Assembly (NCBI GenBank): GCA_029717555.1
Contig: JAMDHS010000001.1
Coordinates: 186,001 to 250,000, forward strand
Direction of reading: 5' to 3'
Length of the DNA stretch: 64,000 nucleotides
Source of the DNA: Peribolospora baueri
Taxonomy: Eukaryota
Made by a program: the position numbers and the translations under genes. A model generated the notes under the pieces. It searched no databases. It saw only the letters and a program-made list of their open reading frames with translations, and was not told the DNA's origin. Below, piece after piece: positions 14,889 to 25,822 of the stretch (position 1 is the stretch's first letter; every line of letters begins with the position of its first letter).

Positions 14889-16539
14889 ATGCCTGCCAAG
14901 GTCGCCGTCGTCATCTACTCCACCTGGGGCCACGGTGCGTCTGCGCATGGGCATTACGACCACTCCTCTCCTTCTTCGGCCAACGAGCGTTTTGCTTCAT
15001 CATTGACATCCTCTTCCCCTGCCCCCCCTCGCTGCGAATCCAAATAGTTGCGCAGCTCGTGCAAAAAGCTGAAAAGGGCCTCGAGTCAGCTGGCGTGGAG
15101 TACAAGGGCTTCAAGTTCCCTGAGACCCTCGCCGCGGACGTGCTTGAGAAGATGCACGCCGCTCCGCCGCTTGATTTGCCCGAGGTCACCCCTGACGCTC
15201 TCAAGGTGAGTGGGGGGCGAGGTGGGCGCCGTAGCCCTCGCGATGGCACTTTGATTGTGTCAGAGCTCCGGAGAGGTGTTCGTATCCTACGCGTGGAAGG
15301 AGGGCCTCCGCTTGTGTATACATGAGCGAGGCTGCGCGTTGTGTGCATTATGAAGACCCGTGTGCACCGACATCGTTACAATTGTGTTCCTTCGCTTTTT
15401 GCGGCCCATAATCGGCGACACAGGAGTTTGACGGCTTCTTCTTTGCTTGTGAGAAAAACGATTTTCTTTGCATTTCTGCACCTCGACACCACCTTTCTCC
15501 ATCTCTGTCCGTTCCGCACCAACGCCACTGCTTTTCTCCGCTTTCCACAACTACCAATCAGTCCCCACCCGGTACGGTCGAGCACCTGCTCAAGTGTCCG
15601 CCTTCTTCGATGCCACTGGCGGCATCTGGGCCTCCGGCGCGTACGTGGGAAAGATGGCCACTGTGATGACTAGCACCGCTGGCCAGCACGGCGGCCAGGA
15701 GACCACTGCTCGTGAGCTCATGTCTGCCCTTTTCTCCGTTCGACGCTCCTCTGGATAACTCATTGTCCGTTTATTTTGACTGCATTTCGTCCTCTCTCTT
15801 ATTCCATCTCAGTGACCACAATTCCATGGTGCGCCCACCAAGGCGTCATGTACGTCCCCATGGGCTACGGCCACCCTAGCATAGTCGACACGGACGAGAT
15901 CCTGGGAAGCAGCGCTTACGGTGCTGCCACGCTGGCTGTGAGTGGGATGATGGCTGGCGCGGTGTGACGTGGATGGAAGGACGGCTCGCTTTGGTTGCAT
16001 CAACAACGGGCTCATGGTCGTTCGAGCCGGTCCTGTCTTCGGTCGTTTGTTTCCTTCTTTCATCCCCTGTTGCCGCCGTCGTCGCTCACGCTTTACGCAA
16101 TACTTCTAGGGTGTCGACGGCTCCCGTCAGCCTACGGACAAGGAGTTCTCCATTGCGGAGTTCCACGTAAGCTTCCCCTCCCTTCTCTTTTGCACCGTCT
16201 TTCCATCTTGGCCATGCCTCAGTGCAATAATCTCGTTTCTCTTTCTTCCGGTTCTGACGAAAAATTCTCTTGTCTCGAATTCCATTTCCACCAAAGGGCT
16301 CCATGTTTGGCAAGGTCGTCTTCCAGTACGTCGCCGGCGGAGAAGTCCTTGCCAACGGAACCACGACGGCCACCACCACCCTTGGCAGCGTTGACAACGG
16401 CGCGGCCAAGAAGGAAGAGCCGGCAAAGAAGAACGAGGAGGAGAGCGCGAAGAAGACGGAGGCTGCGAAGAAGGAGCAGAAGAAGGGCGGACTCTTCAGC
16501 TGCTGTACCAGTGGCGCGGCGAAGAACGTTCAGGACTGA
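14889..16539 (+). CDS. Flavodoxin-like NAD(P)H:quinone oxidoreductase (WrbA/Pst2/Ycp4 family) with C-terminal di-Cys tail
   Basis: [64 protein letters not shown]; tail KKGGLFSCC. Confidence 0.9.
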
Positions 16540-17066
16540 CAAGCCGTGCGCTCCATGAGAGCTGGCTGACCTACGACTTTGCTGCTCAGCTATCCTTTTT
16601 TTTTCGCTTTGATCATGTACCTATCTCTTCGTCCCCGCTTCGCGCAGTTGCTCTTCTGCTCCCACAATCCCCTTCTCTTCTTGAACCCCTCTTTACCCCT
16701 CTTACCTTTGTTCCCCCGTGGCTCTTCCCTTGTCCATCCCTTCTAATACGGTACGATCGGCGGTCTATAGTCTAGAATGCCTCAGCAGTGCTCGACTGCC
16801 CATCTAGAGAAGTATGTTATTTGCGAAGGCGTACGCTATCTACCGGTGGCTACGGAGGTCGTGTGACAATCCGTCATGACGTTATCGAGTCGAGTCTTGC
16901 GAGTCGTGAAGAAGACGTAACGCGGGGACAAAAGCGACTGCGGCTCGAGCCATATCTGCGTGTTGCCCTTCCTCTCTCTTCCATTCCCCTCCACTCCACC
17001 TCTTCCCGTCTCCCATCTCCTTCTCCTGCTCCTCCACGCCGCTCAAACTAAGGCCCCGTCGCGTCC

Positions 17067-20000
17067 ATGCCCAAGCCTTGCCCAGGCCAAGCAGGTAGCG
17101 GAGGCGGAGGCGGCCCATCGGCCCCGCCAGAGCCTCCGCCGCCGAACCAGGCCGGGAGCGGGAGCGCTCCTGCCGAGGGCGTCCAAGCAAAGCTGCACGC
17201 ATGGTTCCCCAAATACGGTCCCAAGGCCACGGCGCAGTATATTCGATGGAGGGCCTCGCGCTCGTATGGGTACATGTCCGCCGGTTGGGCTCGACGCCGC
17301 CCGATCGCCTTCTTCACCTTGCTCGCTTACGGCGGCGTTCAGTACTGGGCTTACACCCGGCAGACGATGCTCAGGGATCATATCCACGACAAGACATATT
17401 TGCACTGGAAGATTCATGAAGGTGAGTCTGTCTAGCGCGGGATGGCGCTGAGCGCAAGTCGGGCGGAACATGCTCGAGAAGGCGACGGGGATGGATAGCT
17501 GCGCATCACAGATGATTTGCAGCGTCTTAAAAGAGTCGAACGTCCTCGTGAACCCACTCCTTCTGCCCTTCTTTCGCCCTAGGCTCCATCGTCGAATCCC
17601 GCGGTCGAACCTCCGCCCTCAGTGCATTCTTCCTTGGCTCTCCCCACAGCGGTGAGGATCCTCCTCGCGTCATGGAGCTCTTCGAGGTGCTCCGAGCGCT
17701 CAAGTGGGCCGAGGTGAGTTCGTGGTCTAAGCCCGTGTTCCGTTATCAACGTAGTCACCTCCTTTGTCCTCCCTCACCGCCAGCGCGACGATCGGATCGC
17801 CGGCCTCTTCGCCGACTTCTCCTCCCTTCACGTCCCCTCCTCCGTCCACCCCGAGCCTCTCGGCCTGGCGCAGATCGAGGAGCTAGTGCAGGCGATCCAC
17901 GAGTTCAGGTTGGCGAAGAGAGAGAGATTCGGAGATAAGGCGAGACCTACCATTGCTTGGTCTGATACTTTTGATAGTCAGGGACAATACCTGCTCGCTA
18001 GCGGTGAGTTCGGGTGATCACGCCAGCGGTATATGGCACTGCGCGCCTGTCGCGTGGCATCTGGGCGACATATTCATGCACCATTGGTTTCTCCGCTTGA
18101 CCTTATGCTGTCAGCTTTTGACGAGGTGTGAGTATTGGACGCGCGTTCACATGTCCTACTTCCTCGGGCGCGAAGCCTACGTGATATTCATCAGCCTGCT
18201 GTCTGCTTTCCAAACATGCAGATGGACGCAGCCGACGGGCACGGTCCCTCTCGTAGGCCTCTCCTCCTCCCTGCCCTTCTATAAGCGCCTCCTGAGCTGG
18301 CTCGGAGTGAAGATGCACGCGGAGGCGAGGAAGGAGTACAAGAGTATGGTCTCCCCTTTCACGGAGGAAGAAAGCCTTCCCGAGCCACAGAGAAAGAACC
18401 AGGCTGAGCTTCTCGGAGAGCTCAACAAAGTGTGTTTGGGGCCTTAAGCGAAAGGCAAGATGCGGTGACGCAGTGATGCAGCAAGGCACCTCTCGGCTGA
18501 CATTTCCCCTTCTCTGGCATCGCTCTTAGGGTATGATGTATGCCATCGGCGTAAACAGGTTCCCCGACCTGGACGCCGACGAGGCTGCCGATAAGGTGGA
18601 GCAGTCCTCCAAGACCGGGCCGTTCAATGCAAGGGAAGCGGTCTCTCTGGGTGCGTATGGGCGTCAGATCGCATTGCCAGGATAGTGGCACTGCTGAAGG
18701 CTGCGCGGCGCTCACGAAGGTCCGTCTTGCATGTCCGTCACTTGCGGTATACAGGCCTCTTGACTGGCACGGGCCACAAACGACACCTCATCTCCAGGCT
18801 ACGGGATGGGAACCGTGGCGGTGATCCGGACACCAAATTCCGAACCTTCTATTCCTACGCCAAGGTCGGTGATGTCCTCGCTCGCGGCTCCTTTCTTTCG
18901 GCTGAGCAGACTCGATTGAAGAAGCGATGCTCAAAGTTTCATACGTTCCACTTCGATCCTCTACGCTTCTGGCCGTCACTTCCAGATTAATGAAGTGTCC
19001 GCGGAAAAGACGCTTCTCGATGATGAGGTGGTGGACGTGGGAGGTGAGCTCTTTCTCCGCCTTCGAGGTTCACCGCTGCCTCTGTCGGTTGATTCACCAT
19101 CACCTCACATGCCCGCCGACAGTCGTTTACCTCCTCGGCACCATCGGAAACGCGCCTGGAGAGTTCTCGGCATCTTCCGCCGTCCGAGGTCTCAAGGAGG
19201 CCGGCGAAGATGACAAAGTCAGCGCTGTCATCCTCCGCATCGACTCGGGCGGTGGCGACGTAGTGGCGAGCGAGAGCATCTGGGATGCGGTGAAAAAGGT
19301 GCAAGAGGAGCACGGAAAGCCCGTCGTCGCGTCTTTCGGCAACGCCGCCGCGTCGGGAGGGTACTACGCCGCTGCGGGTGCGGATGCCATCTTGGCTTGC
19401 GAGAGCACCATCACCGGCAGCATCGGCGTCGCTTCTTTGCGACCCACCATCACCAAGCGCTTCTTCGATCGCATCCATCTCTCCGTCCAGTCTTTCTTCA
19501 CTGGCTCGACCGCCAATTCCCTTTGTGAGCGCCTTTGTTGCCGGTCCATCGGAGGAACCGGGTTTCCTGATGTCCCGGTCCTTTTTCCTTCCTTCTCTCC
19601 CCTTGTCGTCCGCAGTGCACGAGCTCAAAGGCGAGCAACTAGAGCGTCAGCGCAAGCAGATTGACGATATCTACGACGACTTCCTGCGCAAGGTCAGCGA
19701 AGGACGCAAGATGTCGTACGACGCTCTGGAGTCGCTCGCTGGCGGCCGCGTTTTCACGGGCCTGACCGCTTGGATGCTCACACACAAAGACGTGGGCGTG
19801 AAGATTCCCAAGGCGACGCCGGCTTGGAGCGAGACGCTGGAGGAGGTGGAGCGAGGCCAGGCGAGAATGGAGAGTGCGGAAGGGGAGAGCACTTGGACGA
19901 TCGTCAAGCCGTCTGACGGCGGGGTTGAGACGAAGAGTAGTGCCCGGGAAGGGAAGGCCAAGGAGAGCAGCAAGGAGACGAGTAAGAAGGGTAAAAAGGC

Positions 20001-21065
20001 GTCCGAGGTCGTCGTGCCGTCCGGCTCCGGCGGAGGCGAGTCCGGGGACATGGTCGTGTCAAGCCCGTCAGATCAAGCCGATTCAAGGCGGTCATCTGTG
20101 GCCCCCGGCGCAGTGGCGTCCTCCTCGACGTCGGCGTCGGTGTCGAGTCCCTCGGAATCTGCCTCCTCTGACGGTTCTACCACCATCACGAAGACACGTT
20201 CTGTCGCGCCGTCGGCTGTTGCCGCCGCGGAAGAGGAAGGTCCGCCCAAGGAAGTCATCATCTCAGACGTTTCCGTCGAGAGGGATGAGGCCGAGCTAGA
20301 GGAGGTGACGGGCCCGTACGGGCGCGGACTGGTCGACATGATCGGCGGGATTTGGGACGCCGCTCTTTTCGCGACGGACTTGTGGATCCGCAAGGAGGTG
20401 CGTTCACATCTCCCGCCTCTACTCTTCCTCTCTGAACTGGTCCCCTTCCCACTTTACGTCCGTTTCGCTCACCGAGCGCCTCTTGTGGGACACCTGTCGC
20501 CGACCCATTGTCTGTACGACACCCAGGTCGATCGCATGGTGACGAAAGAAAACATGACGCTTGAGCAAGCGCGGGAGAACATTCTTCCGGGCTGCAAGCG
20601 CAGCGTGCAGGACGACGGCCGACTCGTCCTCGAGGCGGATTTGCGGCTCGTTCGGTATCCCAAGCAGAAGACTGTTTGGGAGGTGCTCAAGGTGAGTAGA
20701 GCGCGCGAGCCTACGGAGGGAAGGCAAGGCGGCTTTTTGGGCGGAACAGGCATCATCTACCTTCCTTTGCACTTATTCATTCCTTCGCACCCTCGCCGCC
20801 GCATCGTCGACAGGGCTTGAACGAAGCGGGCGACAGACCAGACGTCTCCATCCCCACCTATTTCAAAGCGCTCCTGGCATCGTGGGCGATCCGGACGGCG
20901 CTCCACGCCCTTGCGAGCGGAGAACCATCCTTGTTCGGCGACGTGACCGACTTTGCCGATGCCAGCGGCCTGCTAGTCGGCGGTAAGACGGGATCCGGGG
21001 CATGGATTGGGAGGCATCCGAGTTCGCGGATGAGGGCTGAGATGCCTGCGTGGAGCATGCGGTGA
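17067..21065 (+). CDS. sppA: Signal peptide peptidase A / protease IV (SppA 67K type, peptidase S49), multi-exon
   Basis: DDRIAGLF, LAQIEEL, QGQYLLASAFDEVWTQPTG, EYKS (catalytic Lys), VILRIDSGGGDVVASESIW, GKPVVASFGNAAASGGYY (catalytic Ser), TITGSIGV, LAGGRVFTG, GLVDMIGG. Confidence 0.9.
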
Positions 21066-21373
21066 ACGAGCCGGGCCGAGTGGATGCAATAGAAGGCTGG
21101 AACGGCGGCTGATGCAGGCGAGGAACCCTTCATGTACCCGACACGCCGTGAACGTGGGTCGGAACACTGCTTGCTTTGTCGCGAAAAAAAAAAATAAACA
21201 AAGCAAAGCAAACGACAGCGGGTCATGCCGTCGAACACGCTTAGGTGGGGGAAAGTCGAGCTAGGTATAGACTCGATCGAACGAACGTCGAACATCTGCC
21301 CATTCGAAACGGAAAAGTTCAACAGAAAGCGATGGATGCATTGACGGTGGGGGGCGGAACATCTATGCACACA

Positions 21374-22714
21374 TCACGCGGCCGCCGCGACCTTGACCTG
21401 CCGAATCCTTTCCTGCTCGTTCTCGGCTCTTTCCCAGCCCGCCGCGGCGCCGTCACCATGGGACTGTTGTGACGGAGAGTCGACGCCCAACTCGGCCGAG
21501 GCTCGTTCCGCCGCTTGCTTCACGACCTCGGACAAGGAGGAGGGCAGGAGGGGCAGGTAGGGGAGCACTCGGGAGAGGAAGAAGAGGTGAGAGAGGTGGC
21601 CGCCCTGGGGGGGAGCCGAGGACACGAATGAAAGGAACGAGTATGTGAGCGCGCTTCAATATCGACGAGCCTGTCCGTATTCTTGGAAGGAGCCATGTCG
21701 TCGGGAAACGACCGCCGATAACCAGAGTGGTAAACATAGGGACGGACAGACTTACATGCTGATGAAACACCGCTCCTACCATTGCCTCCACCATCCTACC
21801 CCGTATCTTAAACAGCCCGCTCCTTCGATCCACGTGTCCGGCCTCCCTGACGGCCGGAGTCCACCGCATGACCTTCTCGAGCGCCAACGCCTCTCCCACG
21901 CTATCGCCTAGCACGTCCGTGTCGAGGGACTTGCGAACCATGTGAGCGATGTTGGGTGTCCGCGGGGAGAAAACAGAATCGGGTGATCGTGCGAGATGAG
22001 TGTAGAGGAAGAGAGTCAGATACGAATCGAGCACTCTCCGGCCTGCAGCAAGGCAAGGAAAAGGAAGAATGCGTAAGTCAGTTTCGCTTTGGATTGCATT
22101 GCGACGTTTCGCAGCCATCACGCGGCTTGTCCATTGTCAACGAAGCGACTTGTGTCCTCGTGGGATGAACCTGCAGATCACTCACCCAAGAAAGACAGCC
22201 GTCGGTTGTGATTCGCTCCGAGTGTCATAGCCTCCCAGGCACTCCGATCCGTGACCATCTGCTGAGCGACGTCACGCGACAAGCGCAGGGTAGGTAGGGT
22301 CATGCTGAGGTAGTCATCCAGTTCAGCGTCGGTGCAGGTCATCGCGTGGGGTGGCCGGGAAGGGCGAAGGGGCGATTGAGCCCAGGTGGACTGGTGTCCG
22401 TCCTGAGAGACGGATGTGGTGGTGAATTGCCGCATCGCTGGGATCGGCGCAGGAAAGGAGCGAGGGGCGTGTGAGGCTGCTCGCATCGTCACCGATCCTG
22501 CAGGGACAAAGAATGCAGTGGAAGCGGACGGGAGGGCGTCAAACGATAAGCTATGGGCTACTCCTGATAGTCCGCAAAGAAGAAACAGCAACTCACCTCC
22601 TTTCTGCTCCAGTCTCCCAGCCGTCACTCCTGCCCGCTGGCTTGCTACAGCCGTCGCTGTCCTCGAGCAGCCAGCGGCCGCTGCGAGCGCCCTAGCACCG
22701 GTAAGAGAGAGCAT
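21374..22714 (-). CDS. MRPL15: Mitochondrial RNase III-like ribosomal protein (mL57/Mrpl15-like)
   Basis: Presequence MLSLTGARALAAAAGCSR; HNRRLSFLG/RRVL; LGDSVGEALALEKVMRWTP; SGLFKIRGRMVEAMVGAVFHQHGG..FFLSRVLP. Confidence 0.75.
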
Positions 22715-22887
22715 GAGGAAGCAGACGGAATTTTTGCTCGTATTTCGCCGGGGGTGAGACGGAGTGCGAGGTGTGCTGGGCAAGACGAGCAGGATGACGA
22801 TGGCGATGACCGACAGAGCCAAGTCAAGTCGGGCGAGAAGAATCGCAAGCCGGCTCAAATTTTGCCTTGAACGGGAGACTCAAATGA

Positions 22888-22918
22888 TGCACGTGACCTT
22901 TATATTCTGCACGTGACC
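22888..22918. promoter_or_regulatory. Tandem GTCACGTG E-boxes in the MRPL15/TIF35 divergent promoter
   Basis: TGCACGTGACC twice with 20-bp spacing (cores at 22890 and 22910). Confidence 0.6.
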
Positions 22919-23103
22919 ATTTCGCCTATTCTAATATCCCTCGTATTCTGTCTGGCGCGCATTTTCCTTGCCGTTGAAAATCCGCTCGCCTCGTCGCCAT
23001 CGTCGTCGACGCAAGCTTCGCTCGCTCGCCACTCCTTCTTCCACTTCACTAAAAGCAAAAGCGAAGAGAAAAAGCGATCCTCACCCTCGCTCGCACCCTC
23101 AAT

Positions 23104-24587
23104 ATGGCCATCGCTGATCCGTGAGTGCACCGCCGTCTTGTGTTAGACCCCGTGTACCGACGGCAACGACGGCAGCGACGGTGGCGGCGCGCGTGCACGT
23201 CCTTGGTGCTCATCAATCGCCTCTCTCTTCGCCTCGTCTCCGTGCGCACAGATTGAACAAGACGTCGTGGGCGGACGACATTGACGAGGCGGGTAAGTAG
23301 ACTACATTCCACTTTTCTCCGGTGTGCTCTCAACGACACCCTGACCGCCCGTACCCTTTCCCTCGCATCGTAGACGCCCCCCGGATTGAGGAGTATGACG
23401 AGCCGAACGGGGTCAAGGTCATTGTCGAGTACAGGACAAACGCTAGTGGCAAGAAAGTCAAAGTGGGTGCATCGCTCGAGCCTTCGTCTTGGCCTCTCGC
23501 ACTTTGGCAGGCGAGCTTGATGACTGGTGCTCATTATCAATCTTAGCCACGTTGCACACTTTCATGCTTTGCATCTCCTCATCGCCAATCCGATTTCTGT
23601 GCTTCGGCGTAACGTTGCGCCTCACCTTGAACGTTCATCAGATCACGCGCCGCATCCGCCGCACATTGACCAAGTCTCGAGTGAACCACGTCGTGGCTGA
23701 ACGCAAGGCCTGGGTCAAGTTCGGTGCGGAGAAGAGTAAGAAAGCCGGACCTGATCTCGCTACCACCACTATCGCGGAGAACATTCAGCTCAAGGTCAGC
23801 GCGGGCAATGTGCAGGTGCGTCTTTCGTCTCTTATAGCAAGAATATGCTGGTATTGAGTGACCCAAGATGCTCACCAAGCTCTACCCTGACACTCTCAAT
23901 CCAGGCCAACGCCCAAAATGAAGCAGAAGAGGACTCAATGCTCAAGGCGAAGCTGGGCAGCAAAAAGATTCTGTGTCGACTGTGCAAGGGCGACCACTTC
24001 ACGTCGAAATGCCCTTACAGGGACACGCTCGAGCCTCTCCAGGGTTCCCTCGGCGCCGACACGCCGGACGCCGACGGCACCCAGACGCCCGTCGGTGGCG
24101 CCGCCTCCGAGCTCACCAACCCGGCCAACCCGGCTGTGGCTGCGGCCGGCTCTGGCAAGTACGTGCCGCCTTCCTTGCGAGGTGGCGCCAGGGGCGCCGG
24201 CGAGACCATGTTCGGCCCCGGCGGCGCGAGGAGCAGGGACGAGTTCCCGACGCTGCTCGTTACCAACCTCACCCCGGAGGCGGAGGACGACGACCTGCGC
24301 GACCTGTTCTCGCGCTTTGGCCGCGTCATGCGGGTGTATATCGGTCGGGACAGGGAGACCGGCGCTTGCAAGGGGTACGCGTTTGTCAGCTTTGAGGACC
24401 GCCATACGGCGGACCAGGCGAGGATGAAGGTGAACGGCATGGGTGAGTGTGCGGCCATCGTCTGCGTCTGCTTCTTTCTTTCGCTTCCTTCTGACAGCCT
24501 TCCTCACTTTCTTGTTCAGGTTACGACAACCTCATTCTTAGCTGCCAGTGGTCCCAGCCTCGCGGCGAGCGTGCCGACCGCGGATAA
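23104..24587 (+). CDS. TIF35: Translation initiation factor eIF3 subunit g
   Basis: SWADD motif, VAERKAWVKFG, zinc knuckle CRLCKGDHFTSKCPY, GKYVPPSLR, RRM KGYAFVSF, GYDNLIL. Confidence 0.95.
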
Positions 24588-25384
24588 GCATCGCAAGCGC
24601 GAGTCCTCACGAGGTTCGCTTGACGCTGGCCTCGCCGTTTCGGCGTGTGTATATTCCCGTCTCTCCCTCGCTCGTTCGCGTGCGCCCTTTTTCTCTATAC
24701 TCCCTTTTCACCCGAGTTTTCGCCATTTCGAGCCGGCTGGGCGGGATGTGCGGCGCCCCAGGCGAGTTATGCCATGTCGCCGCCCCTGCTTTCGCCGATG
24801 TCACCGTCCCATCATGTGTCATGCATCGCCTTTATTCATCCCATTTGCTCTTGCCCACTTGGGATCGTGAGGAAGAGATGAGACTCGTCGTCGCGTGTGG
24901 AGATGCTCCGGAAGAGGATGGCGCCCGCGCACTTTCGTCCGTGGGTCAGGTATCCCCCCGCCCCACTTCAACATCTGAACCAAAATCGTGCCGTTTGAAG
25001 TCTTCTACTGATCTGATCTGCCCGCCCTGTGCGCACAACGCCTCGGGTCCATGGCCCTGTCGTTCCGCCGCCAAACACAAAGCCCCCGCGGCGTTCTCTC
25101 TTTCTGTTGACAGCGACGTCTTTCTTCGTCCGCACTAAACGTCCCCCATAATCTCGACTGCCACCCCCAAACCGAGACGAGACATGGGAGATATAGATAG
25201 ATGCTTGGATAAAGTTGCTTACCCTCGCTAGCGGCCGTCCCGGCGAACCAAACATGGCATTTTTTTTAAAAAAATTCGCCCGATGATGGAGCGAGTGAGT
25301 GTGAGAGGGACGGACGAGGTTTCAATGGGGATGGATTTGTCGGTGTCATCATCCGTGGCCGCCGCCTCGCGGCCGCTCTCGAAG

Positions 25385-25430
25385 GCAGCAGCTAAGCTAA
25401 GCTAAGCTACGGTCGGTCGGTCGGTCCGTC
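25385..25430. repeat. Compound microsatellite (AGCTA)n(CGGT)n
   Basis: agctaagctaagctaagctacggtcggtcggtcggtc. Confidence 0.8.
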
Positions 25431-25822
25431 AGTTCGTCACGCCTCGCAAGGCTAGGCGGGCCGACGACTTTGGGTTGGTATCTGACGAGGACGGGGGACG
25501 TACAAAGCTGGGCTTGGCCGAGGAACGCACAGGGTAACTAACAATCTCCCCCCTCCTCGCCCCAACCCCCCAACCACGCCCGGAGGCTCGACCGAGTGGA
25601 CGTCGACGACAGAGACTGATACATAACACTACCCTACATACTCGTTTACTCGTACATTCTTGGACGACACCCGTCGACCACAAATCTGAGCCTGATTTCT
25701 GAGCCAAAGCGAGGAGTCAGGAGGATCGAGTGCTGAGTGAGCATGGATGGAGAGAGGACGACGCTTGTGCTGGGGCTGGCACGACGAAGGGGTAAAAAGA
25801 AGGAAATGCGCGGACCGGTCGC

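Noticed and set aside
23464..23641. Possible C/D-box snoRNA in a TIF35 intron (TGATGA present)
   Set aside because: No suitably placed CTGA D box, terminal stem or recognisable rRNA guide
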